Source: Catajapyx aquilonaris
Lineage: Eukaryota
Direction of reading: 5' to 3'
DNA: 64,000 bases
NCBI GenBank assembly: GCA_000934665.2
Contig: KZ537976.1
Coordinates: 62,001 to 126,000 of the forward strand
Each line of letters opens with the position of its first letter. Within the stretch, counting starts at the first letter, position 1. Positions 38,993 to 51,863 of this stretch are shown here, in pieces. Position numbers and translations under genes: made by a program. The notes under the pieces were generated by a model. It did no database searches. It saw nothing but the letters and a program-made list of their open reading frames with translations, and had not been told where the DNA came from.

Positions 38993-41900
38993 TGTGCTAA
39001 TAAGACCAGGCCGATCGCAAATGTCATTTTTTTTTTCATTCCCTGGACTCTGGAGTTTTGGGTGTGCTCGGCATGTTTAAAACACTCGCTTCGGCTACAA
39101 GTGACAGTATCGCTGGTGGCGGTATGACGCGGTCGTAATTATGGGAGATACCTCTGTGATCTATTGTACAGGCCTGATCAATGTGACAGCCTGGGACGAT
39201 TTATCGGAATGCATACAGGCACCGGGACTCGGAAACGTCGCTTGTGATCGTCAGACAGAAGCTATAACCCGGACGTCATTATTTGGAGTGAACAGATAGG
39301 AGGCTTGAACACAGGGTGTTTCATAAGGACTTGGGCTTGACGTAAAATTTTTAAATGATTTTTTAAACTGGAGCTGGAGGCTGATTGCATGTAAAGTTAT
39401 GCGGAAGTGCTTAATGGAGCTCGAATGCACCTGGAGGGGGCGTAACTCTAAGTTAAACCTCAGGTTTTCCGGGGGATTTGGAAGCGCCGAAGGGAGTAAG
39501 GGTCCCTGAACCGTATTGTGTTTTGACAGAGAACCACAGGAGAGTGAAAGTGGAGGGTTAAGTAAGGACGTTAAGTATAACAGATTTTAAAGAGTTTTTG
39601 AATGGTACTTGTAGCGAATATTTTTTACTGGGAAAGTTGTTTGATCATCTATATTGTTTGGGACGTTTAAAAAGTGCTGGGATTCGCCACTTTGAATACT
39701 GTCAGACACAGGGAGGTGATCCCTTTGAATAACTGACGCTGTAATTAACCCCGACAGAGGATGGTTTGTGTTGCAAACCATGACATTTTTTTAAAACTAT
39801 GTGCTCATTACTCAATAGGCCACATTGCGATGTTGCACTGTTTGTCTCTGAAACCAAACTACAGTAAATACAGATGTGATTACTGCATGCTACATTCAAA
39901 TCCGAGCAGTTACATTCACTGCTCTCGTTCTCCAATATTAGATAGGCTGCGTTATGGGAGGGTGAAACTATTTTTCAGAAACATTTGTTTATTACATCTC
40001 ATAATTTACAAGTGTGCAGCTTTTCTATAATGAAAATGTAAGCAGGTATTTAAAGTTCATATTCAACATTAGAAAGCCTTTGTTTCAGTTTCTGTAAACA
40101 AAATGCCCATATTTTCCGTGTTCAAACGAGCTTAAGTTATTATATTCACTGCACGTTGTTTCTTAGAATATTCTATGGAATGATGCACAAGCTTGTGATG
40201 AATCCTCTGTAAGCGATGGAAAAACCAAGCAGGCGGAAGAAGATACTGTAAACATTGAAGGCTTGTTTAGCAATTTTTTCCCCACTGTTTCATCTCTTAA
40301 CGTAATGGTGCATGCAACATTGATGCTGGTAATACAGGATGGTCTGTAATTTCACCTTCCGAGAGCTCACTTTGAAAGGGAAATCTCTGTTCAATACCTG
40401 CAACGTGAACAACCACAAAGTCTGGATGGGAAAGGTCTAGGTCGTAGTGTCAGTACACTGTAGCATAGATAAGAAACAGTAAGTTGATGTAATGGGATAT
40501 AGGTAGACAAAAGTTGTTTAGCTAGACGAATTTTTAACTATGGTTAAACCAGATCAACTCTTGGACTCCATAGGTTTACATGACAAAATTATTTTGAGTA
40601 CAATTATTTCCTCTGAAAGGTTTGATTTTTCTTACTAGATCTGCAGCAATAATTCTTACAATTAGGCCTACAATTTATTTTGAAAAGAAGACTTGGAGCT
40701 CCTTAATTCGCATTTTGCCATCATTATCTTCACGTCTTGGACGATCTTTGCATCAACTAGTCTCCGATTTCCTGCACCATTACTAGCCTCAATTAGTATA
40801 CCGCGATTATCAAACGAACTTGAATCTAACGATGTCTGACGTAACGAACACCTGAACGAAATATTTCGCGATTTCGATTCCCATCTGGCCCTTGCTGAGC
40901 CCTTTATTCGTCTTCACTGATTGGCGAGACGATTACAACCTGAACTTACGTTGTTTACGATCCGCTCAAAGATCCTGGAGTTTCTTGTCTTGGAATCTCG
41001 TGTTTTATCCCTCGGATCAGTCACAGGATTTGCCAGTTCTGATAGCTTCCCGTCCTTCCAATGCAAGTTTCCTTCCCGGTTATGGGCCGTTATGCGTCCC
41101 TAGTGGTAAGACCCGGGTATATATACGGGCAGCCCCCGACTTCTCCAAGGGTATCCTCCGCCTTTACTTATAAATGGCACGTATCTCCTCCGTAGGGCCC
41201 CACGAGAATCCCCCAGTTGCCGCAATTATCAAAGAAATAGGTCCATTCCGTTTTGAGTCGTCGGGCACACGAGGGTCTGGAGCAAGCCCCAGGAATGGAT
41301 GGCCTGGGATTGTTCTAGGTTGGAAATGGCTCCTCTTGGCCTGCGCAGCCCATTAACAATGTATTGTTCAGGAAAGCGAGCGGCGTATAAGGACATGGAG
41401 GGAGGGTTACTGATCCAATTTTACTGCTGACGAGGATTACCTATAGGGATTTTGGAGTAACGATCAAACTGGGAAGGAGGACTCGTCTTCCACTCATGCT
41501 TTCCAAAGTAGAAAACTACGTACTTTGCTGAGTGTAGGATAAGGGGGGGCCCAACAGTCCTTCTTGAAATTCAAGTTCCTCCACCGCCGAAATTCGAGCC
41601 ACTCTTTTCTGTAGGTCCTAGATCATAATTCCCTTCTCCAGGCTCCCCTCCCTTTAGCATTCTAATGAATACTTAGAGGCCTGGGAATGGCCTAATAAAT
41701 CTTCACTTCTGCTGCAGGCTTTAGGTTACCCAGGGAAAAGGCTGGACTCGAAATATATAATTCTTTCTTTTTTTGTCGCCAACTACAAGTCGTATAAAGA
41801 GGAGGTGGCGAGGTAGGGAGATTTTACAGCCTGAGACTTGAAACCGGGCTCGTCTTTTGCTGGAACGGGTTTTATACCTGCGATTTTGGGTAGAAATGGG

Positions 41901-44900
41901 TTGAGGTGTGTTCGGGATTAGACGGTGCGCACCTTGCACTCGAATGGTTGCAATAATGGAATGTACTTTTTGAAGTGCACTTTACGACTCGTCTCTAATT
42001 AATGGCGAGAGATATACTGATGGTCCAACCTGCGCACTGAGAACGACATGTCTTAGTCTCTGCAATAATTTGAAATTCAAAGTGCACATCAGTTCAAAAA
42101 AGAGTCAGTGTTCGTCCTAAAACCTGAATAAGTTATAAATCATAAGTCTAGTTCTGTATAGTGCAAGTTATGAAGGTAAATCATCCGATTTTTAAATCTT
42201 TACAGGGTCCGAGATTTTCCCTGAATTGCTTTCTTGCATATGATACTGTACAATGCACACCTCTAGTCTATATGGATCGATCTGGATAGCCATGTGGCTC
42301 ATCTGATATACCTCGAGGCAATGCTTGTGTTGCTGGAAATTGCTTTACATCATCATACCCCTTTAAAGAAGCGGCACGTGCGCCTGGGGGTTCAATAAAG
42401 TACACTATTCCGCACTAAACTAATTTTCTGAAAGGAACTTCAATTAGATTTTTTTTGGACAAACTTGACTGCTTCGTAGCTGATCCCTCTCTCTTGCATT
42501 TTCCTTTCTCGAACATGAAAGGAGCTAGGCAATTCAGCCTCCTTGTACAAGGTATCTGTTTCAGTTATCAATTTAGCGTCACTTTAATATTTCGATAACT
42601 CCACATTGACCTTGGATATTTGACCCATCTTGACCTCGACCTGCCGGACATGCAAAAATTTCGCGAACATGAACAAATTGAGGTTTTGCTCCGGCAAAGC
42701 TTCTTCTGGCATCAATCTTGCTTAGGGAAAAAAGAGTGGTCGAGCTATGTGAGAAGCTTGGAAGGTGAGGTGGGGGGTGTGTGAAGATGTGGGGGAGGGG
42801 AACGAAGCTTTATGGTACGTAGGGGATCTCCGTGATAAATTGCTGCAAGAAGAATTCAGCCGCTCGTTAATCTTAGTTCTCCTCCAACCGTGTGAGGGCT
42901 ACATAGACCCCACCATTTAGGGAGGGAAAGGGTAATAAGGTGCAACATATTTGAACCCCATGAAGTTTCCTGCCCCCCCCCCCCTTTTGGGGGGGGGAGG
43001 ACCTTTTTTTGCACACTTTTTGCGAGCCGTTCTTCCGCATGTGAGAGCTTAATTTTGATATCGGCGCTTGCAGGTTTTTTTGCGTGAAACTTGGGAAGTA
43101 GTTTTGCCTACATTTGCGTGAGTAGAAAGGAGTGGGTGGTGCTGAAAGAAGCAGGGTCCGGGTGATAAATGGTCCTTTTTTGCGCCGCTGTGTTGATTCC
43201 GATTAGAGAGGAAAAGTTTTTCTGCCTGTTCAATCTCTCTCTACTCTTTGCCTTCCTTTTTCCCCCCTTCTTCGCCGGACTTTTTTTTTCTCTAAACGGG
43301 AATGAAGTCAGCCGGAAAGGTTATGCTACCCTGCCACATTATCACTTCCCGCTGGAAAAGTTAGTGCCTTGGGTCTCCCCCCCTCTTTTTCCAAAAGAGG
43401 ATTGCTCCTATAGGAGTAGTTGTGCTGCTGAATTATGAGCTTCTGGGTTCCAACGAGCGTTTAGTTGTACTGGGTGGTGCACTGCCCAAGCCTATAAATA
43501 TTGTTAAGGCCCAGCAGTTTAAATAAGAAACATCCAAGTAGTGGTACTTTTAACAGGACTGAGATGCTGCGGCCAATTCCTGCGTGGTATTTTTTTATGG
43601 ATTTTATGCCACCCTGTACACAGCTTGAGGCAACAATTTTGGAGCCACACAGGTTTTAGTTGAATTATAACTAGGCTTAAAACAGTCTGGCGCAAGAGCT
43701 GTCCTGCCCAGCTGGACAGATGTCTTTTGCAAAATTTGGTGGGCCCGTGTGAATTGCATTGGCTGGCTTCTAATTAAACACCGGGTAAAGTTTTAATGAT
43801 GACCTTGTCAGAATCAGTGGGGGTGGTGTACGTCCGGCAAGTCCGCCCGCTTTTGCCCAAAGTCGGTCGGTGGGAAATACACAGAACGGAATAAACCAAT
43901 TTCCATTTTGACAAATGGATTTTGCGGAATTGAACGTTGATTTCCCCGGCGGGTTGGCAGGCGGAGGAATGGGCCGAGAGAAGCATTTTGCTCTCAAGGA
44001 AGAATAAGGCCTTAAAAATAGCTGCGACTTCAATCCCCGAGCACTTTGATGACTATTTACCACCTCCCCCTTTTTCCTGCTGGAGAAGAAGAAGAAGAAA
44101 AAAAATTCGAGAAATCCAAAAAGTTGCGGACAAGTCCGCAATGCGCATCGTCCGGGAGAAGAAAATTAAGATGCTGGTGGGGATAGGAAGATGGGCTCCG
44201 TAATTATTTCTGCCTTAATCGAGGGAGCCGATGGGGAGGAAATGGTCCAACTTTCCCCAACTATAATGATTCCCAATCAAGACCGAAACCTTAGCTAATC
44301 CTACGTATATGGGGAGGAAAAAGGAGGGAGGCTGGGGAGAGGCGGGAGGAGAAAGATTCACACTGGCGCAGGCGATGGCGGTTCGAAATTCGCTTTGTTA
44401 GGGCTTTTCTTGCGGAACCGTAGACGAGATCCGGTCTGACGCTAATTTCTTTCATTACGGGCTGCCAACGCGCGCCATTTTGCGACCCGTTTGTTAGAAA
44501 CTATGTTCCTAAACCGAGATGATTGCAGAACTCTGTACTAACCATCCGAAGTGCGAAAAAAATAATCCAAACTTGTGTGAATATGCCTGTATAACTATGG
44601 GCATCAATGTACGATATGGTAATCCTGATATTGCAAAGTTTAGGTTCCTAAATCTTGCAAAAAAATCATCCATCATCTAGCGGCAGAAAAAGGCAAGGCA
44701 AGCCTGATCCCAAAATTGGCAAATTTTCGGTCTGATCAAGTGCAAAATTGGTTTCCAGCCATCACATTAGGGTCTCTTAACGCCAAGAGAGTCCAGGGAG
44801 GTGGTGGGGGAGGAAATACCCTCAAGCTTCGCGAATTTCTTCTGTCTCCGGAACGAGGAGCGAGGGATTATTGGGGAGCTGGAAGCCATTGATCACACCG

Positions 44901-47900
44901 ATGGCTCTGACTTGATAGGCTTATCAGCAGACCCGGATACTTTGTAATAGCGCCTCCGGACTAGAAGCTCGGTGCCAATTTCTATCGCCGCAGTGGACTA
45001 ATCATCGTGTTTCTTTGGTGATCTCTTCCTCCCCACCCTCTCCTTGAAACTTTTAGGAAGCCGGATTTGTCTCGCCTCATAAACACTAAGGACAAATTAT
45101 TACCTCGGAGGCTTATCTTGGAGCTAGAGACGCTTCCACGGCCTTTGCAATATGAATACAAGGAATACAAGGCTATGAGGCGTCGATTGAAATATTCAAG
45201 AGAACAAACTCTTGTTGCAGGGTAATTATTCGCAATAACCCGCGATTTAAAAAAAACCCAATATTACATTAGTTCAAGGAACAGATCATGACAATGTTTT
45301 TTGTTGTAGAGGAAAATTGGTCCTGTCGGTTATCCTTGAATATTGTGAGATGGAGAATGTGCTGACAAAATAATTTTCACCCAAAACCTAAAACTTTGTA
45401 AATTTCATTCAGGTTAAAGCTGTTTTTACTGGTTTAGTGTAATAAAGAATTGTGTAAGTATAAATTTGTTCGGTTTAAGAAAGCTGGTTTAATACAAATT
45501 ATGTTTTGTTGGCATTCATAAGTGTCACAACATTCGACCCACTTTACACATTTGCATAAGGTCATAATTAATTCGAATTGTCTCAAAAAGACGATTGTAT
45601 TGCATATTTGCTCAATGCCTGCAATAATTTAATACTTTATCATTAATCAAAAGATTTATCTTGATTTTCTTGACAAACTTTACTGATCCTTTCCGATTCC
45701 TAAATGCACGAAGCACTCTTTCTCCAGGTTATGTCGAGCAGGTAATGTGGGCAAAGTCCCATGTATAAGCAAATTAGCACCAGGAATGAATATGCATCGC
45801 ACACAGCATGTGTTTGGTGCAGGGATTGATAGCACCCTGAGCTCTGAAATCCTTAATCCGAGCCGGTTGAGAAGGTCTGTGGTGTGATGATACCACGTAA
45901 GCAACTTGGAAAGCGAGGCAAAGACTGAGGCCTAATTAGCGGCGCCTAGTAAAGCCTTCCTATAATGCACAAGACCAGGAAAGTGCATGAACATATCCGT
46001 GGATGGCAAGCTAACTCCGTCCAATTAAACTCGTCGCCTGCTGAACTCGCTGATGAAGATTAGGAAACGGGGGTTATGCGGCTTAAAACCAGAAACTGCG
46101 GAGTTGAGCTTTTTACCCTAGGAAGAGCTTGATACAGATTTACGGAGCTGACGTGAAGGTTTCGGTCTGTTGAACGCACTCGAAATAACACCAGGGTACT
46201 CTTTTTGTGACGTGTAATGAGAGTTTATAAAAAGAGAGAGAGACTCGGACAGTGCTCTTTCATGGGATTAAAACCTAATTATAATGGTCTGTGGGCAAAG
46301 CATGCGGGGGAGGACCGGGATTATTATTTTGGCGCTTTTGTTTTAACTCTTTTTTTATCATGGACTCAATGGCTGGAGGACTAATTTGGCGAGAAAAATA
46401 TGCCATGTGACTTTGTGCATTTCAAAAATCGGGGGGTGTACCACATGTCACGTACGTTTTACATGCATGTCGAGATTATGGGTGTGTGCCTATCCCGCAT
46501 TAACTCCTTTTGAGGCTGGTTGTTTAACACTAAAAATTAAACTAGTATGCACGAGCGGTTTGCAAACGAATACATCAAAGGCACTCTGTGCAGCCGGCAG
46601 TTAAAAAATGAATTTTTTGCACATTTTCACACTGAACTGGTTCAGTTATAGGCAAAAATATTTTGCTAAATATGAATAATCTTTTGTCCAACTGGCCGTG
46701 CAAAAGTGGTATTTAAATAGTACGCTGTTGATAACACGCACGTATCAGTTAGGGGAAATTAACTTTATGTGCCGCTTCTGACAATTTGTGAGTGGCAGAG
46801 ATGATAAGTTGATTTATTTTTAAAAACAGGACTTTCTGTTGTGTACAGGGCAATATTTATGAGTGGTTGTACCTGAGGTTTTTATTGTATCAAGAGAAGT
46901 TTACAGTGAGAAGGCCTGCCTAAACTGACTGGGATGATTGGCTGCTGAGAAATTGCAATTGTAATATATTGGTACCTGAACCATTGAAAATGCAATGAAG
47001 ACGTTCGAATAGTGTAAATATTGTAATTTGAAATTTGGGCCCAAAAATTTATTATGAATGAAACTGTTGTAACAGTCCGCGCAGAGCCGGTAACCAACTG
47101 TTGCAGACACTAATGATTTTCAGTTAGCTGCAATGGGCCCTTATCTCCCTTTTAAAAATGCGGTGTGTTACAATTATTGCAACTAAATACCTAATGAAGA
47201 CCGACTGCTAAACTTGAAAGCGATCAAGTTAAAATACAAGGTTTTTTACTCCTGTATTCAATGATTTCCACAAAGGCACATTATTGCGAACAGGCAAGTA
47301 ATTTTTTTGATTTAAACCGCAATCTTTTTGTAATAGAATTTTTCCATCGAAATCAATAGTAGGCCCTACTTTTCTCCAGAGCCCTCCTTTTTTGTACCTC
47401 CGAATGACCGAGTTCAATTCCCACTAGGAAAGTGGAATGAATAGAATAAGTAAATCGCTACGGGAATTGCAAAAGAGAGGGATTGTCGGGCTCGCATCTG
47501 GGATTTTTACCACGAATTTGAGTTCCTATATAACTTACACCGTATGTGAAGAGAAGGAATAGAGAAAGAGTTGCTCCCGACAAAGAGGCTGTACGATAGT
47601 GTATTGTAGATAAAAGGCTCTCTCTGTGTTGGAGGACTGAGGGACCCTTCAATCGTTCCAAATCGGATGTGGTTGAAATTCTTAAAAGTTTACTCCTCTC
47701 ATCCGGTTCCACTGACTGACTTCTCCTTTTGGCTGACTGACGCTCGAAGGATTTTCCTCCACTGCTGTGCATGGAAGGGTTGGATAGATTTGTGTCCATA
47801 GAGACAGAAGAAGAAGAAAAAAATATTGTAGAGGTTTCCCCTCTTCTGCTCCATGTAGTTACTCCCAACTGTTTCCAGACTACTGATCATGAATAGGGAT

Positions 47901-49523
47901 CTCCGGATTTTCCAAGCCCAACGTCGGTCGATGTGGTAACCCTCCTCCTCTTGACGCTCGACTAGAAAATGCTGCGAATCACTCACGCATAAATAAGTCA
48001 GGCTCACCTGACGCATTTCTCAGCAGCAAGTTACGGCCCTTTTGCTATATATAGGGCCTGGATCTACCAGGTCTGAGAGAGAAGGGTTGTTTGACCTGTC
48101 GGTTGAGTCGGTTCCGGAAGATAATTTTGCGAAATACGTATTTAAGGGGCTGGAATGAGCAAGTAGTTGATATTATTACAGAGTGTGCACTGACCAAGAG
48201 CACAGTAAGATATAATATTACATGAAGAGGAGAATATAAACATATAAATAAATCATTTTCGTTTCAGCCTTTCAGTTAATGCTAGTATACTTTGAGTATT
48301 TTTTGCCTATGAAAAATCAGCTGCCGTTTGCAAATTTGACGGCAGTATTTAATCTCTGCCAGGTTTAATTACCAGGGACCTGTGAGAGATTAGCGGTACG
48401 AGTATACAAGAAAGTGGTTTTTTTCCATCTCTCTCTCTCTCTCACTCTCTCTCTTCACAGCGTATAGCATGAAATGTCGTTTACATCAGGCTGATAAATT
48501 ATTCGTCTCTGGGAAGGCGGCCGGTTGCAGTGCGCCATGAGAAAATTCATCAGCGTCACTTTGAATGAAATAAGTCCTGGGCCTAGGTCCCGATTCTTAA
48601 ATATTTCAGCGAGTTCAAAGGTGGAAAATGAGCTAATCCACGTTTACCTTGCTGGATCAAAAATGTGCTAGAAACATATTTTTTTTTTTAAAAAATCAAA
48701 GAATGTTCAATTTTGTTGATAAATAGTATTTGATGATGCGTGTCTGCCGTTGTGTTCTAATAGGAATGTATTTTGGTAATTAAAGCAGCAGCCAGTGATC
48801 GATTGCGGTTTGGATGGAGCAGCATGTGGCATAAATGTTTCATGAATCACTCGGTTAAATTACTGTCACCGTAACATGATTACGGTGAACCAAAGATGGA
48901 TTTGCCAGAATATGAAGGCATGACGAGTGCATGACTTTTGGGTACAGAGAAAGCCCCCTCGCTCGTTGGGACATTAATTCGTTGCCCCGTGACAGCCCGT
49001 GGGTCAGTTACACGGTCGATTACGTGCCGTGGCGGCCGTGGAATCGCGACTAATATTAGCAGCCCTGCGTGTCCCGCAGACTCGCGGATCGGGCCATTGT
49101 TTTCCTTTTACGCGGGAGCAAATATTATGTTAGCCTTGGAAACTGCCCTACTTTATACCTGAACCCGTTTGAAGCTGTTTGTTGACCGCACCCATTGTTT
49201 TCAGGTCCCCCCCAACACCATTGTTGCCCGCATGTGTATCACGTGAAAGACAAAGCAATTTATAATATCGGGCTTGATTGGCAAGGCACAATTATGCACA
49301 AACTCATCCATAATCCAGCAACATCCATCCCAACGCGCGGTTTGCAAATGTGACATTTGGCAACTAGCATTGCGGTTCTCCATGTCACGTTTGGTTGCGC
49401 AGAAATATGTTGCGCAACCTGGGGTGGGCGGGGCGTAATCTGGCGGGGGGCGGGGCATATTTATCGCGCTCTCTAACGGTAAGAAATCTCAGATTGTAAC
49501 CTTATCTGTTTTGTTTTTTCCAG

Positions 49524-50040
49524 TGACGACACCGGCGCTAGTGGGCATCTGCCTAGGCGCAACTCTATTCCTTCTGACGGTTGCTGGCGTGACCTGCTTC
49601 TGCTACCGGAGGAGGGCGGCCTACCACCACAAGCTGACCAAGAGGAGCCCCGAGAAGCCTCTGACCCTTCGAAGGCCAACAGCTGTCAAGAATCCGGCCA
49701 GCGGAAGCCACTACCTCAAGAAGAGCCCGAGTCCCACCGGGGCCAGGAGCCCACCTGGCAGCAGTGGAGGGGCCAAAAGCCCCAAGGGCGCGACCCCAAC
49801 CGGGGAGCAGCAGTCCCCGGTCGGAGGGAACCAAAGAGGAGAGTGTCTGGTGCTGGGGAAGGATGAAGGAGGAGGATCGCTGTCTCCTCAGGGCGAATGC
49901 AAGGAGGTGGTGGTCAAGTACTACACCGAGAACGAGAAGGAGAAGGCCTGCTCTCCTTGCAAAGAGGAGGTGGAGCTCAACGAGAAGCAAGGGGAGAAGG
50001 AGCTCGTCGGGAAGCTCGGAATGCTCCACTTCAAGCTGAG
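49524..50040 (+). CDS. Syt4: Synaptotagmin-4 exon: transmembrane helix, Cys/basic juxtamembrane segment, linker, first strand of C2A
   Basis: Acceptor ttgttttttccag, donor AG|GTCAGT. Encodes TM ALVGICLGATLFLLTVAGVTCFCY then RRR, motif RRPTAVKNP...HYLKKSPSPTG as I recall from insect Syt4, and GKLGMLHFKLR. 517 nt, phase 1 to phase 2. Confidence 0.95.
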
Positions 50041-51839
50041 GTCAGTGTACACTTCATTATAGAATTGGCTATGATCTGTGACTCTGTCTGTGATTAGTCA
50101 TTAACTTAGTGCAGGTAGTACCACTAACCCTCACCCAACTGAGAGTAGCAGTAGTCTCCGTAGAGTGCGCCATCTGTGTGAGAGATATGGTACTAGGTGC
50201 ACGGTCAGGGCAGTGTGGACAAGTTTGGGCGTATCTACGTTGAATTTGGCCAGTCAGTTGACGACTCGATGAAACAAACACTTTCAACTGCCTTCAACTC
50301 CTGTTGGAGCTACCCCTCAGCAGAGTATAAGCCAATGCATCCATCTTGCTCCCTGTTCGGGGGAGAGACCGGGTTGGGTATATAGATTTGGTGTGGGGGA
50401 GTAATTAGCGAGGAAGCCACTCCCTTCCATCTTGCTCATTAAGGCGCCTGGAAACACGGAGGGAACAGTGCAACGGCAGCCTCCTTTAATTACTCAAACT
50501 GCCTACTTGCGGGGAAGGAACAGGACGTCTTGACGCTGCTACTGCTGCCCGACCAAGGAAACGAACTGCGTCGCTGGGTTGGCAGACGGAAACCAGGGGA
50601 AAAAAAGAGGAGAAGGAAGAAGAAGACTGCCAAGAAAAGTCTCTTAAATCAGGAAACGGGAAATGTTACCAACTGAGGGTGGGAGGGTTTGGGTTCCACA
50701 GTTCAGTTCCGGTGCTGCTGGAATATATCGGTAAAAAGAGAAAAAGAGAAAAAAACTAGGAACTTCCGAAATATGAGGGGGGACTTTAGTTTTAAGCGAC
50801 TCATATTTCCTGCCAGGATTTCCAATAGAGATGACAGCCTATAGACATTTCTGGGAGCCGGAATTAATACCTGCTCGACATATCGCGTGACATGGACTTG
50901 TTGGCTTGCTGCAGTATTTTTTTTGTTTCGAAATAAATGGACATTTCCAGACTGGATTCGATCACAGGAATAGTGCAGCACCTCTAGAGTAGGCACGATT
51001 ACGGCTTTAATTATTATGAGCGTACCAACATACATTATGCCATTCGTCTACCACAATAATCCAGGACATTTTAGGTTCAGAAATGACTATACAAAAGTTT
51101 GTAACACCGTTTTGACTGTTTACAACCAATTACATGAGCCAGTGTTGCTTACCTGTCTTCAAAAAAACACAAATCGGAATCAGAATTTTCAACTCGCAGA
51201 TTCTGTCAGGTCGGGCCTATTCCGGCTTTTGTCTGAAGCGCAGGCATGTGCAGTGTTGGCAACAGAGTGTAACCCCTCACCGGATAATTCGATACGGTAC
51301 GTAGATCACGTTACCGCCGATTCTTTTTTTACATTTTTCACAAAGAAGTAACGAGGGCGTCAACGCGTCATGTCCAAACTGTCAGATCCGATATTTTTTG
51401 TATGTCCTTTTGTGTTTTTTTCCCCTCCAAACCCCGGGATTCGCAGGTACCCAGGATTTCAAGTGTAAATTGCCTGCATTATGCTCCGTGGTAATCCACG
51501 GCTTTTACATGTCATTCCCGATTCTTTTTGTCACGGAAATAGCGTCAGTATATGTGGTTCCACCCTCCTCTCTTTTGAATAGGGTTTGAAACAAGCTCGC
51601 CTGTAAATTAGGCATTTACAGATGCCTCCCTCTAAAGCTCTTTTTTCCTCTGTCTCTCTTCTTTTCGATCTCTTTTGTTTGTTTCCGCCAAACCACCCCA
51701 TTGTGACAGAGGGTAGGTACCAGCATCGAGCATTAGGCCGTCCCTTTGCTGTCAAGAGCAGGGGTCGATGGCAGGAAACAGCGCCACATTGCTTTGACGT
51801 TCAGGACGGATTTGTTACCGTCGGAATTCGTAGATATCA

Positions 51840-51863
51840 CTCTCTCTCTCTCTCTCTCTCTCT
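51840..51863. repeat. (CT)n microsatellite
   Basis: About 12 CT units, directly visible. Confidence 0.9.

Noticed and set aside
42968..43001. C12-TTTT-G9 hairpin and other G/C runs with G-quadruplex potential
   Set aside because: G and C homopolymers are common throughout the window, so they are not distinctive.
43468..43619. Possible short MITE bounded by tactgggtgg and ccaccctgta
   Set aside because: Terminal match too short and degenerate; similar CAGGGTG motifs are scattered without partners.
49565..50097. ORFs 49565-50029(-), 49764-50039(+) and 49897-50097(+)
   Set aside because: Shadow frames of the GC-rich Syt4 exon.
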